A stretch of 63,162 nucleotides of DNA, filler included, from Neolecta irregularis DAH-3 (lineage: Eukaryota): the NCBI GenBank assembly GCA_001929475.1. It is 5 parts of 5 records of this genome, joined end to end, with 100 filler letters (N's around TTAATTAATTAA, not from the genome) between each part and the next. Parts side by side here need not be neighbours in the genome. Positions count along the whole stretch, not along the records: positions 1 to 27,289 come from LXFE01000391.1; 4 more parts are not named here. One strand, 5' to 3'. The notes beneath the pieces were generated by a model. That model saw only the letters and a program-made list of their open reading frames with translations, made no database searches and was not told where the DNA came from. Made by a program: the position numbers and the translations under genes. Shown here one piece after another: positions 1 to 12,605 of this stretch (positions are counted from its first letter, which is position 1; each line of letters starts with the position of its first letter).

Positions 1-141
1 CAACAGCCGCTAGAGCACTCTCCAGGCGGGCTCTTCGGCGGGTGTGCGGCGTAGTAATCTGCCCGAGTGCCTGCCGCCGGACAACTCTCCGACGGACGAA
101 CGGTTCAGATTTCTTCGACGGACGGGCGGTTGGACTCACTG
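1..141. repeat. GC-rich dispersed repeat fragment with a hAT/MITE-like terminus
   Basis: Aligns by eye with 35931-36131 (AACAGCC-GCTAGAGCACTCTCCAGGCGGG vs AACAGCCTGCAAGAGCACTCTCCAGGTGGG). Both copies end in TGGACWCACTG, which reads CAGTG on the minus strand. Confidence 0.6.
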
Positions 142-531
142 ACTGCCTCTCGCACAAACAGCAACGCTACCGGGTAACAGCCCGGATCCACATTTGTGCT
201 ACATGTAAGCCACTTTCTGGGATATCCGCTAGATGACAATCGGATTACTTTGGACATCGGATAGATGTAACATTCTTTCTATTTCAACAAACTAGATAAG
301 CGAAGCCCAACCGCATTTGGCATGGCGGATTGCTCAACTCAAACCGGCGTCCCTTCCCCCGACTTGGCCTTCTCCACAACCACAATGTATTTGTGCCTTT
401 GAGTATCCTTGTTGCTGGACATGAATGATTCAACCGATATCTGCAGCTTATACTTCAATCTTTGATTTTATCTTGCAGTACCAGACTTTCAATTACTGAC
501 TCGCTCCAAATTATATCGTCACGCACCGCTT

Positions 532-3500
532 ATGTCTGGGTATATCCTCTCGCGTTTTCGCTTCTTTCTTATATTTGTCAGATCCCTGAAGGACCTGGTA
601 GAGAAGCTCAACGTCAGCTACTCGGCCACCGATCCCTTCTCTCCGCTTCCCCCAGAGCTGAAAGCATCCATTGAAGCCTACTTGCACAAACATCCTGATC
701 CAGAGCGATCCGATCAGCAAAAGCTGAATGACGAACTAAATATTTTTTACAAGTCCAAGGTCACTGTAGATCACCACCAGCTCAAGCACGTGTTCTTCCT
801 CTCGTGCTTGAGAAAGCTACAGCCTGCTCTCGCAAGATCAGATCTAATCGCGTGGTGGGACGTGTTGGTTAAGCCAACAATCGAGTACCTGGGCGACGGT
901 CCGGTTGGACAGACTTTGAAGAATTTACGGTCATTAGTATTGGGCGTTTTGGTATATGATGGAAACGAGGATGCAGATCGCGACGGTGAAAGAGAGAAAT
1001 CAGCCATCGCATTGAGGAAAAGATTGTTTGAGCTTTATATGAGTAAGACCAAATCAGTATCACCCGAAAGTACAGATCAACACATCAGTGAGGAGCAGCG
1101 AAAGTTCTGGACCGGCAGCATGGAAACCCTGATTATTGAATATGGAAAACGAAAACCCAAGGTACTCAATTCGGACTGTCATCACCCTGAAATTCTAGGA
1201 TTTCTTCCAATCTGTCGATTTATTTATTGTTCAGAAAGAATATCGCCTTCAAACGCTTAGTTTATTGTGCGGATACGTACGTCTCCAGGGGCCACATCTC
1301 CACCAAATCTTGCAAACTCCCCTCTTTGATCATCTGTTGGATTGTCTGCAAGTATGCTGAGCACCTTCTGGAATTTTCAGCTCATGTTATAGAATGACAC
1401 ATCCACTACAGTCATCTCGCTTGCCCTAACGATCATTGTTATGTTGATGCCGCATATATGTAATTCACTCAGCGCTTATTTACCCAGACTGTTCTATATC
1501 TATATTCGCGTGCTTTGCTGGGACCAGTTTGGTGGTCTTATGCGTAATGCAAATCTCGCTGAAACTAAATATGCGGAAGAAAATTCCGAGGTCTCATCCA
1601 AAAAAGATACTGGTTCCCCAGAAGTCTGGCAAAGGCTAGGTAGTTTAATTGCTATTTCGTCAAATTGATGGTCAGATTCTTCCTTTGATACAGCACCGAC
1701 TTCTACGCCAGATTGCTCCGAATTTTTCACTTTTATCTACGGTCTATACCCAGTCAACTTTTTTCATTTTATAAAACAGCCCCAGCAAGTCCTCAATGCT
1801 TTTCCAAAGGATGGCGAAATCGAAATCGATGAAGAATCGATTCGCTCGCGGAGCATGGTATCAAACCACTGTCTCTGATACTTGTCTCACGAATTTTAGC
1901 CGCTAATCGAGTGCCACACCATACATCCGAATTTTTTGATTTACACCGTCGAAACGGAGCTAACGGATCAGTCGAGATGGATCAAATTAGAACCTTCTGA
2001 TGTCGTTTCTATGTGCGTCCGGTTTAACACCGTCAATATGTCATCGGCTAGACAATCAGCTGATTTCGAAGAAGAGGAAGAAAGCTTCTCGGTGGTTGAG
2101 GAGATACCACGAGATAGTCATCTCTTTCCTGATGTTGGTGAAGCGACATCATTTCGAATAGAACCCGATCATAAAGCTTCTCGATTCTCCGCGCAAAACA
2201 GCCCGAGAACAAGCATATCCAGTCCAGAGTCTCGATTAGCTTCACCAGCATTTAAACCCAGATTGTCACCCGTACATTCTCCTGAACTCGTGGCCATTGA
2301 GGATAAACTCAATACCCCCGCAGTTGCAGAGAATGATAATCTTTCTTCCGGTCCAATCCGTCCCCGGGATAAGCAAAGCATAAGCTCTGGGAGCGAACAT
2401 TCCAAGGCTTCGTCGTCGCTACATGGAGTGGTATTGCATGAATTGAATACTAAGGATACCAATTTCCTCTCTTCACCAGCGATATCTCCTATAAATGTCG
2501 TGAGAAATCCAGCCCATCCCCCCGCTCCGAACAAATTAGAAGATTCTGTTGCGTTTCTCCAGAGAGAAGTGTTGTTACTTACCAACGAACTGAATTTTCA
2601 ACGCCATTTGAAATCTCAGTATCTCCAGCGCATAGGAAGGTTACAACGAGAACATATCCTTGATTCTGCTGTGGAGGCAGAGCGGCAATCATTGGTTCGT
2701 TCGGCTCTCCTTCAGAAATTTAATATTACATAGCATATCAGCGTCAAAGCACTCAAACAGCAACTTCGCGATAAAGACCGCCTCGTTCAAGAAACCCGCG
2801 AAAAATCTGTTTCGGCAAAGTCTCAGCGTCTGCGATGGGAGAAGGAAATCAATACGAAATTCAAGCAATTGCGAGAAGATAAGAAAGTCTGGCAAGCAGA
2901 GAAAGCCGACCTCGCTCAGCAATTGCAGCTTGCCAAAGAGGAGATTGAGGGTCTGTCTGCGGAGAAAGAGGATGCAACGTCTAAACTCGTCGAGTTGAAA
3001 CTTGAGCTAGAAAGTCTCCAGCCGGATTTGAAGCAGCTAGATGTTCAGAAGGAAACCATCTCGCTGTTACAGCAGGAATTGGAGGATTTTGATGAGCAAA
3101 ATGCGGATATTGAATCGTTGCAAAATCAGATTAATATCTCAGAAAAGAGGTGTTGCGAGCTTGAGATGCGTTTGCAAAGTGCAGCTCAGCAGATGGAGGA
3201 AACAGAAAAGTATATTCTTTTTTTAGCCATGATTTAATTATTCCAGCGAGTACATATCTATCATTCGAAGCCTTGAAGGGCGGCTCACCCATCACCTACA
3301 TACCACTGAACGACCAGAGCATACAAGGAACAACATCTATGAATCTGCCATTCAAAAAACTCAGTCAAAGTTTCAACACCTTCAAACAGCACACAATCAA
3401 TTAGTCGAAAAATGTCAATACCTAGAAGTCGAATGCGATAGATGTCACGCGGTGATCGAAAGTCTCGAACTTGATTTGCACAGAATAGAACACGAACTTC

Positions 3501-3955
3501 AAAGAAGCTTGGAACTTGATGCCGAAGGACCGCTCCAAACCCTTCGCATTAGCCAAAGAACCCCTCGGGTAGTAGAAGTTCACCCCAAATTGAGCCCAAC
3601 TTCCACTTTTCATCACTCTGATTATGCTGAACCAGCATTCACGAATGCAAGTGCAACAGCTGGTTCGTCGTTGTGCGATGGGGCCAGTATGCAATCAGCT
3701 GCTTCAATCGAGCGAAAACGCGCAGGTTCGAATATATATAAGAATCTAGTACAACCAGCTGCTCAAAAAACTCTTTCCAAGATTGAAAGTATAGGGCAGA
3801 CCCCCAAGTTTGGGTCAACGTCGCCGACAACTACGCTTTCAGAATTGTCTTTAAGTCATATATCAAGTGTTGATTCATCACCCATGAAAGATAAAGGGCC
3901 TAAGGCTCCCCCGCAGAGGATTTACGGCCGCGGGGGAGCTCAGAATATTAAGTGA
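532..3955 (+). CDS. TSC1: Hamartin / tuberous sclerosis 1 homolog (about 7 exons)
   Basis: Spliced start MSGSLKDL; motifs GPHLHQILQTPLFDHLLDCLQNDTST, FTFIYGLYPVNF and LQREVLLLTNELNFQRHLKSQYLQRIGRL; C-terminal coiled coil ending GRGGAQN. Confidence 0.95.
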
Positions 3956-4192
3956 GAGAGTATTAATATCTGAATTGATTGATTGCTATTTATTCCGCAA
4001 AGATGTTGAGCAAAATGATAAAAGTTTTATGTTTTTTCTTTTTTTTCTGGACTGTGGATCGTGGGATTTTCAAAGAATATGCGATAACAGGGCTGCAGAG
4101 AACTTCCCATTTGGATTTTGTAATCGAAACATCGTTTTACCCGGATAGCATGTATGAACTCTACTCAATTTGAAACTTTTATTATCAGTTCA

Positions 4193-4748
4193 TCACGATT
4201 TCCCCCTTCTATTTGTTGGTTCTTCTATGAACTCCTCCATCGTTTCCGGTTGTTGTGCGTAAAACTTCTTCATGACCCGTTCAGGCGGTTCGTCCAGTCC
4301 ACACTTTATAGCTTGAATTTTTGCATCAGCGTAATCCGTATATAATTTATTCCATCTAAAATAGTAAAAATATATAGGGGTATGCGTTCTGGGGAAAAAC
4401 ATACGGGTTCAAATTCTTGGGCACTTCAGGATAATAAAACGGCTTCTCAAATTCGACGATCGCTTTCTTCTTACTTGGCAGCCGGAATTTCCAATTCTCC
4501 CCTGGCTTTTTGGAATTGAACTTGGCCATATCTCCGTGGGATATTAAAGTTTTCACAGACTTGACCTCAAGTCCATAGATGTTCCACAGGTAGTCTTTGA
4601 TATCTAGTTTATTCACATTCAACGGAACATGGAATGCCGCAAAATTAGCTTGAAGATTCGGTTTTCGTAGAAGAGTGAATATGATATTTGGCAGGTAGAT
4701 TTTGTATCTTCCTGGACGGAAGGGTATGCGATTTACGGTGGAGGTCAT
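4193..4748 (-). CDS. MRP20: Mitochondrial ribosomal protein uL23m (2 exons)
   Basis: IYLPNIIFTLLR...FHVPLNVNKLDIKDYLWNIYGLEV...KKAIV is the L23 signature; one intron near 4354-4402. Confidence 0.9.
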
Positions 4749-4943
4749 TTGAATTGTGGACGTTAAAATTTTCGGATATTCCCGGAAGTCGACTTATCAC
4801 TATTTTGAAATGCCACCCACTATATTCTAAAAAAGGGAATATGTATTATTTTGGTGGAAATTAAAATATTGGGATATACTTTCGCGTTAACGCCACATAT
4901 TGCGTTCGGTGGGGTTTAATTCCACAAGTTATTCAATACACCA

Positions 4944-6602
4944 CTATTTTTTCCCAAACCAGCTGGTAATGGATTTCTGTCCCTGCCCAGAATTTTTGTC
5001 TTTTTTGCTTTTACTTGGAGCGGCATCGAATGTTGCTTTGGTCTTGTTACCTTGGTCCTTCTCACTTTCAGAGAAACTTTCCCATGCAGTTTCCTCTTTA
5101 GTCACTAAATATCCCTTTGCATCTTTACTTGTGACTTTCTTGGTGACCTTGCGTCGTCCGTGTTTACGTTCAGGAGCTGCTGGACCAGCACCAGGCCGAG
5201 ACTCTTGAACTGCTGCTTCCATTACAGTTTCTTGGGGAGGCTCTGGAATGTTCACGTCTTCCATTTCGGTATCTGAAACAATCAAGAACTAGATGGGAGA
5301 TAAAGTGACAACCTTCATCCATCAGCCTGGATAGAGCTTCTTCCTGCTCTTTACTTTGAGATTTTGCAGTTTCGTCATCTGCTTCTTGTGATCTGGTTAA
5401 TTTGAACCGGTCATAGGGAAAGATACCTCTGGGAGATTCGGATTTACGTGACGCCTTGTTTTTCTAAATCGTGAGCAGATGAAGCCAACTTCACTACTTT
5501 GGGTACAGCAACATCTTTCGATAGAGTCTTGTCTTTCTTGGACGCGGCCTTGAGATTTAGTTTATTTCAGACCTAAGATTCTACCTTGGCCGGCAATTCC
5601 GCAGCATGAATCGGGGAGGGATCTGTCTCTTCGATCTTTGGGGCAAGAAGCTTCTTCATAGTCGATTTTGAACCAAAGAAATTGGCAGCCATTTCTCTTT
5701 AATGGCTAAGTTGCATCAAATTGACAAAACATACTTCTTTGACGGATGTGCAGGTTTCTCCGCCTGCGAGTCAGACTCGAGTCGTGAGGGTTCTTCTGAA
5801 GCTTCGGGTCTGGTAACGGGGGCTACTCGTCTTTTTATTTGCACAGGCTGCTTTGTAGGGAGCAATCTGGCGGTGGAAACAGCTTTACGCTAGACATTTT
5901 AATGTAAAGATGGTCGAAGAGGGATACATGTGCTTCTGGGTTATAGACTGAACCGTATACCTTCGACATTTCCTCGGAGGAGATCAATTCGGGGTAGTTT
6001 ATTCGAATATCTTGCGAGACCGTAGCGAGCACGGTAAGATCCTGAAATTGAATTAATGAAAGCTGATTTTTGCTTCAAACCTTGAGTGGATTTGGCTCGA
6101 GACTATAGATGTGAATTGACGATATTTCAGCAAACGATGCTTTGGATTCTGACAATGTTGAGAATGGGAGAATAGTGATTTTCATACTATCGAGATCTTC
6201 CTCCGGTATCAGACTCACTGTCCGTACTCTGACATCCTGATCGTTCTCAACCGTCGAATCCTGAGTTTGAAGGGGACTACTGGAAGATTCGCGTGATCTC
6301 TTCAAGGTCTCTGGCAGTTTTTGGATGACAAATCCAGAAATGATATAGGTAGCATGAAGTTTATTGCCTTTCTCCAGCGAGACCATGTAGTATTCGTAAA
6401 GCATCCTTTGAAGGTTATTTAAGACGGATCGAGGAGATCGATACTCTTTGGCGCGATTGACATGACACTTTAATTCTCTACTCAGGAGACGATATGTAAC
6501 CTAACAGTTGTCAATATTTTTCAAGGTTACTTGAGTGACTACTAGACGTTTTTCGCTCACAATCCATTCGGCAAGTTTATGTAGATGGTCGTCCACAGTC
6601 AT
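4944..6602 (-). CDS. POL32: DNA polymerase delta subunit 3 (Pol32/Cdc27), multi-exon
   Basis: N-terminal VTYRLLSRELKCHVNRAK..MLYEY; C-terminal GYLVTKEETAWESFSE and PIP box QKSITSWF. Confidence 0.93.
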
Positions 6603-7099
6603 TTTACGAAAGAATTGGTTGTGGGTCAAGGTATTCAGAACTGTAATTTGTCAAAGTCGCCTATCGCGAATCACAATGTATACAAGAAACATTTGAGTAA
6701 TATTGAATAGTACAACATATCGATCTAGCAGTGGGTCAATTCAATATCTTCTTTTAGTGTAGTGTTTACTTCCAAAAAGAATCACTTTTCAGAAACCATA
6801 AAAAGTGTTTGCCAAACATTTGTAGTTTTCTTAGATTCTGATAATATCTCCTTTTGTAGTATACCTCCAAGCATGATTATTCTGCAATGAGACATGAGTC
6901 TGTTTGTGGATATTGTGAGCAGTTGTCTACACGAATTATGAAAATTACGAGCTATCGTCAGAGATTATCAGCAGTTTCCTTGCAAAGTTATCTTTACGCC
7001 AAGGTAATATCTCTACGTATAAAGAGCAATCCTAGGCAGAACAATGTTAAAACATCAAACTTTGACTATGGTAGACGATCGCTAGATTCCTCGTCCCAA

Positions 7100-7714
7100 C
7101 TAATATCTGTATTTGGTTGAGTAGTCTACAAGTCAGTATACTAAATTCACAAAGTGAGTGATTGCCTCTATTTGAAATCACCAACCCCTTTCCTTTCTTG
7201 GCTGATATAGGTCAAGGAAGTGCAAAAAACTCAAGTTCATACCTCCTTTATATACAGTCTCAATAATATCAATAAGCTCCTGCTTATCTTCAAGCACCCA
7301 GTTAATTTTATTGTTGTTGCCAGTACCCAGATCTGTATTTAGCATGTCCCGCTCCAAGCACACACACCCATCATCATATGCTTGTTGCGAAAGAAGAACA
7401 TAATGGTGTTTCGATCATAAAGTTCATACATCTGAGCTCTCAACCTCTTGCCCAACTGACACTCGTACCTTGTTAAAGTCTGAAACTTCGTCTATATCGA
7501 CGAGATAGATGACTGCAAAATTCTTGACCTTCTCAGCGATTTTGAGCAGTGCTTCGTCCTGCCGCATGCATTGGTCATCGGCATCACGACCAAACCGGAT
7601 CACGACAACTCGTTCTTCCTCACGGAGAATCGCCTGATCAACGTGCCTATGCTTTCAGATTGACCAAATGAATATTTACCATCCCGAATGGAGATGCGGG
7701 AGAACATAGGACAT
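7100..7714 (-). CDS. DIB1: U5 snRNP thioredoxin-like protein Dib1/Dim1
   Basis: MSYVLPHLHSGWHVDQAIL..VVIRFG, DLGTGNNNKINW, C-terminal DYSTKYRY; 5 short introns. Confidence 0.97.
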
Positions 7715-7785
7715 ACTGTTTTTATGTGTCGGAGTTTGGATATCGATAAACTTGTTGAAACAATTCGTCGATTTCTCCTCCAAAA

Positions 7786-8797
7786 ATGCCTTCTCTAGAT
7801 GATCCTAGGATAAACCTCGAAAGACTTCGATCTGAGCTTTTGAATATTCCTGGTACTGTTTCTCTAGGCCGTCGGTTTAGATCTCTGTTTGAACTGAAAT
7901 CTCTCGGTGCTGAAGGAAATAATCAAGCCATCGACGTGATTGCCCAAGGTATAACGAGATCTGTTAAACCATGCCAACTGTTTCAAGCATTTTCTGACAA
8001 ATCTGCGCTCTTGAAACATGAGCTTGCATTTGTTTTGGGTCAAACAGGAAATCTACATGCTGCTCAGTCGTTGACCAATATTCTCAAGGACGAATCAGAA
8101 GAGCCCATGGTCCGCCATGAGGTACGAAATTCATAAACTATTGCTGAAAAAAAACGGGCTGCTGAAGCCCTGGGAGCCCTTGGACATCTCAAGAGCGTAC
8201 CACTGTTGAAATATTATCTCGTGAACGATAAAGAAGAAGTAGTTCGACAGACTTGCGAGCTTGCAATCGCCCGAATCGAATGGGAACAATCAGAAGAACG
8301 CAAGCACGAAAATATCCAAAAGAGGCATTGAATCAATTATTACTAAATTCTGATCATCTAGTCTTTTCACCAGCGTTGATCCTGCACCCGCTTTGCCTAT
8401 TAATATCGATTCAGATGTAGAATCTCTCCTAACAACACTCAATGATCAGTCCTTGGAACTTTTCCACAGGTACAGAGCAATGTTTAGGCTCAGAGATATT
8501 GGTACTATTGCTGCTATGGACGCTTTAGCTAGTGGTTTTGATGACCCTTCTGCCCTTCTCAGACATGAAATTGCATATGTGTTTGGTCAACTTTCACATT
8601 CCCATTCAATTCCCGCTCTTTCAAAAGTTCTTCAAAATTCGCAAGAACTGGGAATGGTCAGACATGAGGCTGCTGAAGCTCTTGGAAGTATTGGGACCGA
8701 TGAAGTAATGGCAGTACTGAAGAAATTCGAGCATGATCCAGAGATTGTAGTATCTGAATCTGTGGTTGTTGCTCTCGACATGACAACAGAGCCTTGA
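7786..8797 (+). CDS. LIA1: Deoxyhypusine hydroxylase (4 exons)
   Basis: Four HE motifs ([35 protein letters not shown]) and the SVDPAP linker. Confidence 0.97.
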
Positions 8798-8932
8798 AAA
8801 AAGATATCTGACTTATGTCGTTGTGCACACGAAATCTGTTATTTTCTGACTTGTGCTATACATAAAGGATTGTTAGGACTATAGAATGAGCCAGATACAG
8901 TTCATATTAAGCCGGCGTTGATGTTCAAAATA

Positions 8933-9402
8933 TTAGTTGTTTGAACTGAATTTAAAGCTATCAATTAACATCGCCATACCCATCTCTAATACTTACGCAC
9001 AACGTGGACATTCGTAAAATACAGTTGCTCCTTCATCTGCGCTGCGCAGTTGAAGAGTATGGAAGCTCATTTCTTCATTACCACACTTTGGGCACTTTTC
9101 CTTGATCTTGATTTTTAACGACTTTATCGATTTTCACAGTCAAACCATCGCAGTTTCTTCTTTCTCATTTGTATTCAGTTGATTCACTGCTGATCTCTTT
9201 AGCCTTAAAAGGGAGGGAAATGCCAAAGGAACTGATTTAGTAACGACTTCGATATTGCTGAACTCTTCCTGATCAGTGAATTTCCCCTGATAAACATACT
9301 CTCAGCAGGTAAAACATATTTACAGAGCTCACATTCGATATCTCCTTCTCCAATAACCTCTAGCAGATTGCCGCAATCTGGGCAGAATATCAGCCCGGAC
9401 AT
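8933..9402 (-). CDS. RPA12: RNA polymerase I subunit A12 (4 exons)
   Basis: N-terminal FCPDCGNLL zinc ribbon; C-terminal [32 protein letters not shown]. Confidence 0.96.
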
Positions 9403-9821
9403 TCTGGATGGTTTGATCTCGATCAAGCCATTAAAAAGAATCATCAACGTGACTTCCCAAGAAAAATGACGGGGCGCTATTATCGATAAGCCTTGTTCAT
9501 GCAAACTATTATGCCTGAGAAGTATACCAATGCGATCAAGATATTTTCTTCCATTAAACTAGATACTTATTCAATTGCTGAATATATTTTGCAGTACAAT
9601 ACTTTTTGTGCGAAATTCTAGTTTCCGCCTTGGTTTGCTTTTAAATTTGATGCCCATGCTTTAATCAAGTTGTTTAGTCTTGAGCATGAATATGTAGCGT
9701 ATTTACTCTCTTTGATATAGCTAGAAAGCTACTACTGTGAGTAATAGAGAAAGTCAAAGTTGTTTGATAAATGTCAATATATTTACGGCAGACCAAAGCG
9801 CTAAACACTACTAAAAATCAA

Positions 9822-11651
9822 TCATTTGTGCTCAAAAATACTGCTCAAGTAGAAAGGGTTGTTTCCGTCTTTGAAGATCAGCAAAGGCTTTCGCTTAGCT
9901 AAATCCAAGATCACTCTCGCAAATTCAGAATTCGCCCAAGAAAACCAAGATCTTGTAAACATCCCTAAGTTATTGACATTTACTGACTCATGAATTAATC
10001 CCAGTCCATAAGTACTTTCCTTGATAAAATTCAAGAGCTCAAGGATTTCGTTATCATTATCAGTTGTCGAGATCTGTTGAAGTAAACTCATCGGCCATGC
10101 ATTCCTTAGGCCAACATGAGGGCCGCCGATGCCCTTAAAAACGGATCCCTGAAGATAATAAGGATTTCCAGTTTTCGAGAGGATAGCTTTTCGAGTATTC
10201 TGGTAGACTTGATCTTCTTTTTTCAGGAACCCTAGACGTGGCAGGGAGAGCAAGCTGGGAATGTTGGCATCATCTGCAAGATTAAACTGGATACTAGGAA
10301 ACAATACCCATGATTATTCGCCCTCCATAGCCATCAACTTCATAAGCAAAAATCTTTCCAAAGACAGGATGTTCGAAAATCGCATGTTCTTCAATCCCTT
10401 TTCGAACACTATTACTAGTTTCCTGAGCAAATGTGGCAAGTTCATTCTTTCCAATCTTACTTAACAATTGGCTTATTTTCTCCAGTTGGACAGCCATCAT
10501 CGCGTTCACCGGGATGAGAAATGGAAGGATCGTAGAATCATCGCTGGGTCGAAAGGAGCTTTTTATCAACGAGGTACCCGTATTGACAGGATATCCAATT
10601 CCGTTCAGCGCGAGAGTTTCTGTTGCAAGAGTTGTCGTTCGTTCAAACAAATATTCCGGAAAATTTGGCGAATTGTCACTTGTAAAAGTTGGCATTTGTT
10701 GATCCCTGATAACATCAAAAATACTCTCGATAGCTCTAATCCAAGCATCATCCATGAATTTTGTGTCTCTGGTCGCTGTATAATATTCGTTGGAGAGATC
10801 GAGGAATGACGCAAGACTATCCAGTTCGTATTTACATTCAAAAACGACTTTCCGATTTGGCGGCGGATACACACGGTCAGCGTAGCCACTTCCCGCAGGT
10901 GGAATATTACTTTCCGGCGGTGCATTAAAGGCGTTACAGTATGGTGATGATATAATATAATCTGCCTAAAAGTCAATCTTGTCCTAGTAAAGCTGCGTAC
11001 TTGCATTCGGATTGCACCCAAGACTAGCTTTCTCAGATTCTCGTCATAGTGCAATAGGTCAATATACGGTTGAAGTTGATTTGCCGAATCTCGTAGCCAC
11101 TGGGCATTACTTTCCAGTCAGTCATTCCAACCCCCTTGAGACATTACATGTCGCCCTAAGGTGTGAATTTAACTACAAGGCAGCAGCAATCATACTGTAG
11201 TGATAAATGCCTTTGGATCATCACCCAAGACATACCATCTGATAGTAGTATCCAAAGTGTTGGGAAAACAATTCTCAAACATTCTCGCAAGGTCATTATC
11301 CTTCATTCGTGACGTAACCTCTTCAATTACCTTCTCAACTGCGGGTGACTGGAATGTCCGGCACTCTTTCTTCGGTCGTTGAAAAGCCAGCTGTAATGGA
11401 CCTTATATCAGTCCAATGTAACGGGTTTGACTACCGTTCGAATAAGGGAGATGACGAATACCAGCGTATTGACTATATGGTGGGCAGCGAGCTCCAGGGT
11501 AAGGAGCAGAAACATCCTGATATTGGGATATACGAGAAGGAGGAGGCCAGTTGTCGAAATTGTATTCATTTAAATTATCGTTCGATTTGAATGTAAGAAG
11601 CATGAAAATCACGAACAATATCAACATCCCGACTCTTTGCCACTTGCGCAT
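9822..11651 (-). CDS. Glycoside hydrolase family 125 (DUF1237, Mug157-like) with N-terminal membrane anchor
   Basis: FENCFPNTLDTT, ECKYELDSLASF, SFRPSDD, AYEVDGYG, DDANIPSLLSLP, GGPHVG, FTRSWFSWANSEF. Confidence 0.93.
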
Positions 11652-12605
11652 ATTCAGAGAGGACTATCCCAGATTAGCACCGTTTATTCAGACTGCATTC
11701 TTCTCTCATAAACAATCGCTCAGAAGGATATGTGAGGGGCAGGATAGGTTGCCTTTATATTTGGGTTGCGATCATCACGCTTCGGATATATGTATTCCCG
11801 GCCGGTCCATCCCATATTTGCTAAGACCAGAGCCTAATGATTTACTCAAATGGGAGCGTAGAATAGTTCCAACGCCTGGAATTCAAACCCTTCTTTATCA
11901 TCATTTTCCAATTCACCAAGGTGGTTGAACCGAATGTCATGTGGATGCCTTTGTCCTTAGACCTATGAATTAAGCGTTTCTAATTTTCACTTCTCCAAAT
12001 CTACCAGTAAATCGAAAAGTGTAGCGAAAATGCCTATAATTGCTTTTATAAAACTTTTTGCAATTTGGGGTTGAAAGCCTTGGTTTAGCCCTGCGCTATT
12101 GCAAGGTTAAGAGAGAGGTCCATTCCAATAATATCCCCTCGCTTGTCTAAATATTTAGTACGCTATCCTCTGTAATAAGATAGAAGAATGACATGGGAGT
12201 AACTAGAATATAGGAGTCTTGCAGGAAAATTTTGCTTCACGTATTTCTATTTGTGACATTCATGGAAGATTGATATATCGCGGTATGATATATATATATA
12301 GAGAAAATGGCATAAAACAATGTACAAGAGCCTTTGGAATTATAAGAGTTCGAGAACAAGTTGGCCAATTTGGTAAAATGTCACACCCAAAGACAAAGTG
12401 GACTAGCTAGAACAGACACAGAATGGTAATCGCTATTGGATGGTTGGGGGAATAGCCTAGTGACGTTGGCTCTAATAAAGGTTATTCATGTCGTTGATAA
12501 TGTCACAGATGGGGTTGTCGATGGTACATCATTACAAGAGAACACCAGACCATTTGACCCGGTTCAAACCCTCCTGTTTGATTACTCCTACTTCAGCAAT
12601 AAATA

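Noticed and set aside
6650-7095. ORF 6887-7120 or a hidden snRNA in the POL32-DIB1 spacer
   Set aside because: No homology cues and no U1/U2/U5/U6 signature sequences seen.
12446-12575. tRNA-like / Pol III A box (TAGCCTAGTG) and B box (GGTTCAAACCC)
   Set aside because: No T-stem or acceptor-stem pairing could be formed, and the site lies in the ERG8 3' region; probably chance or a very decayed relic.
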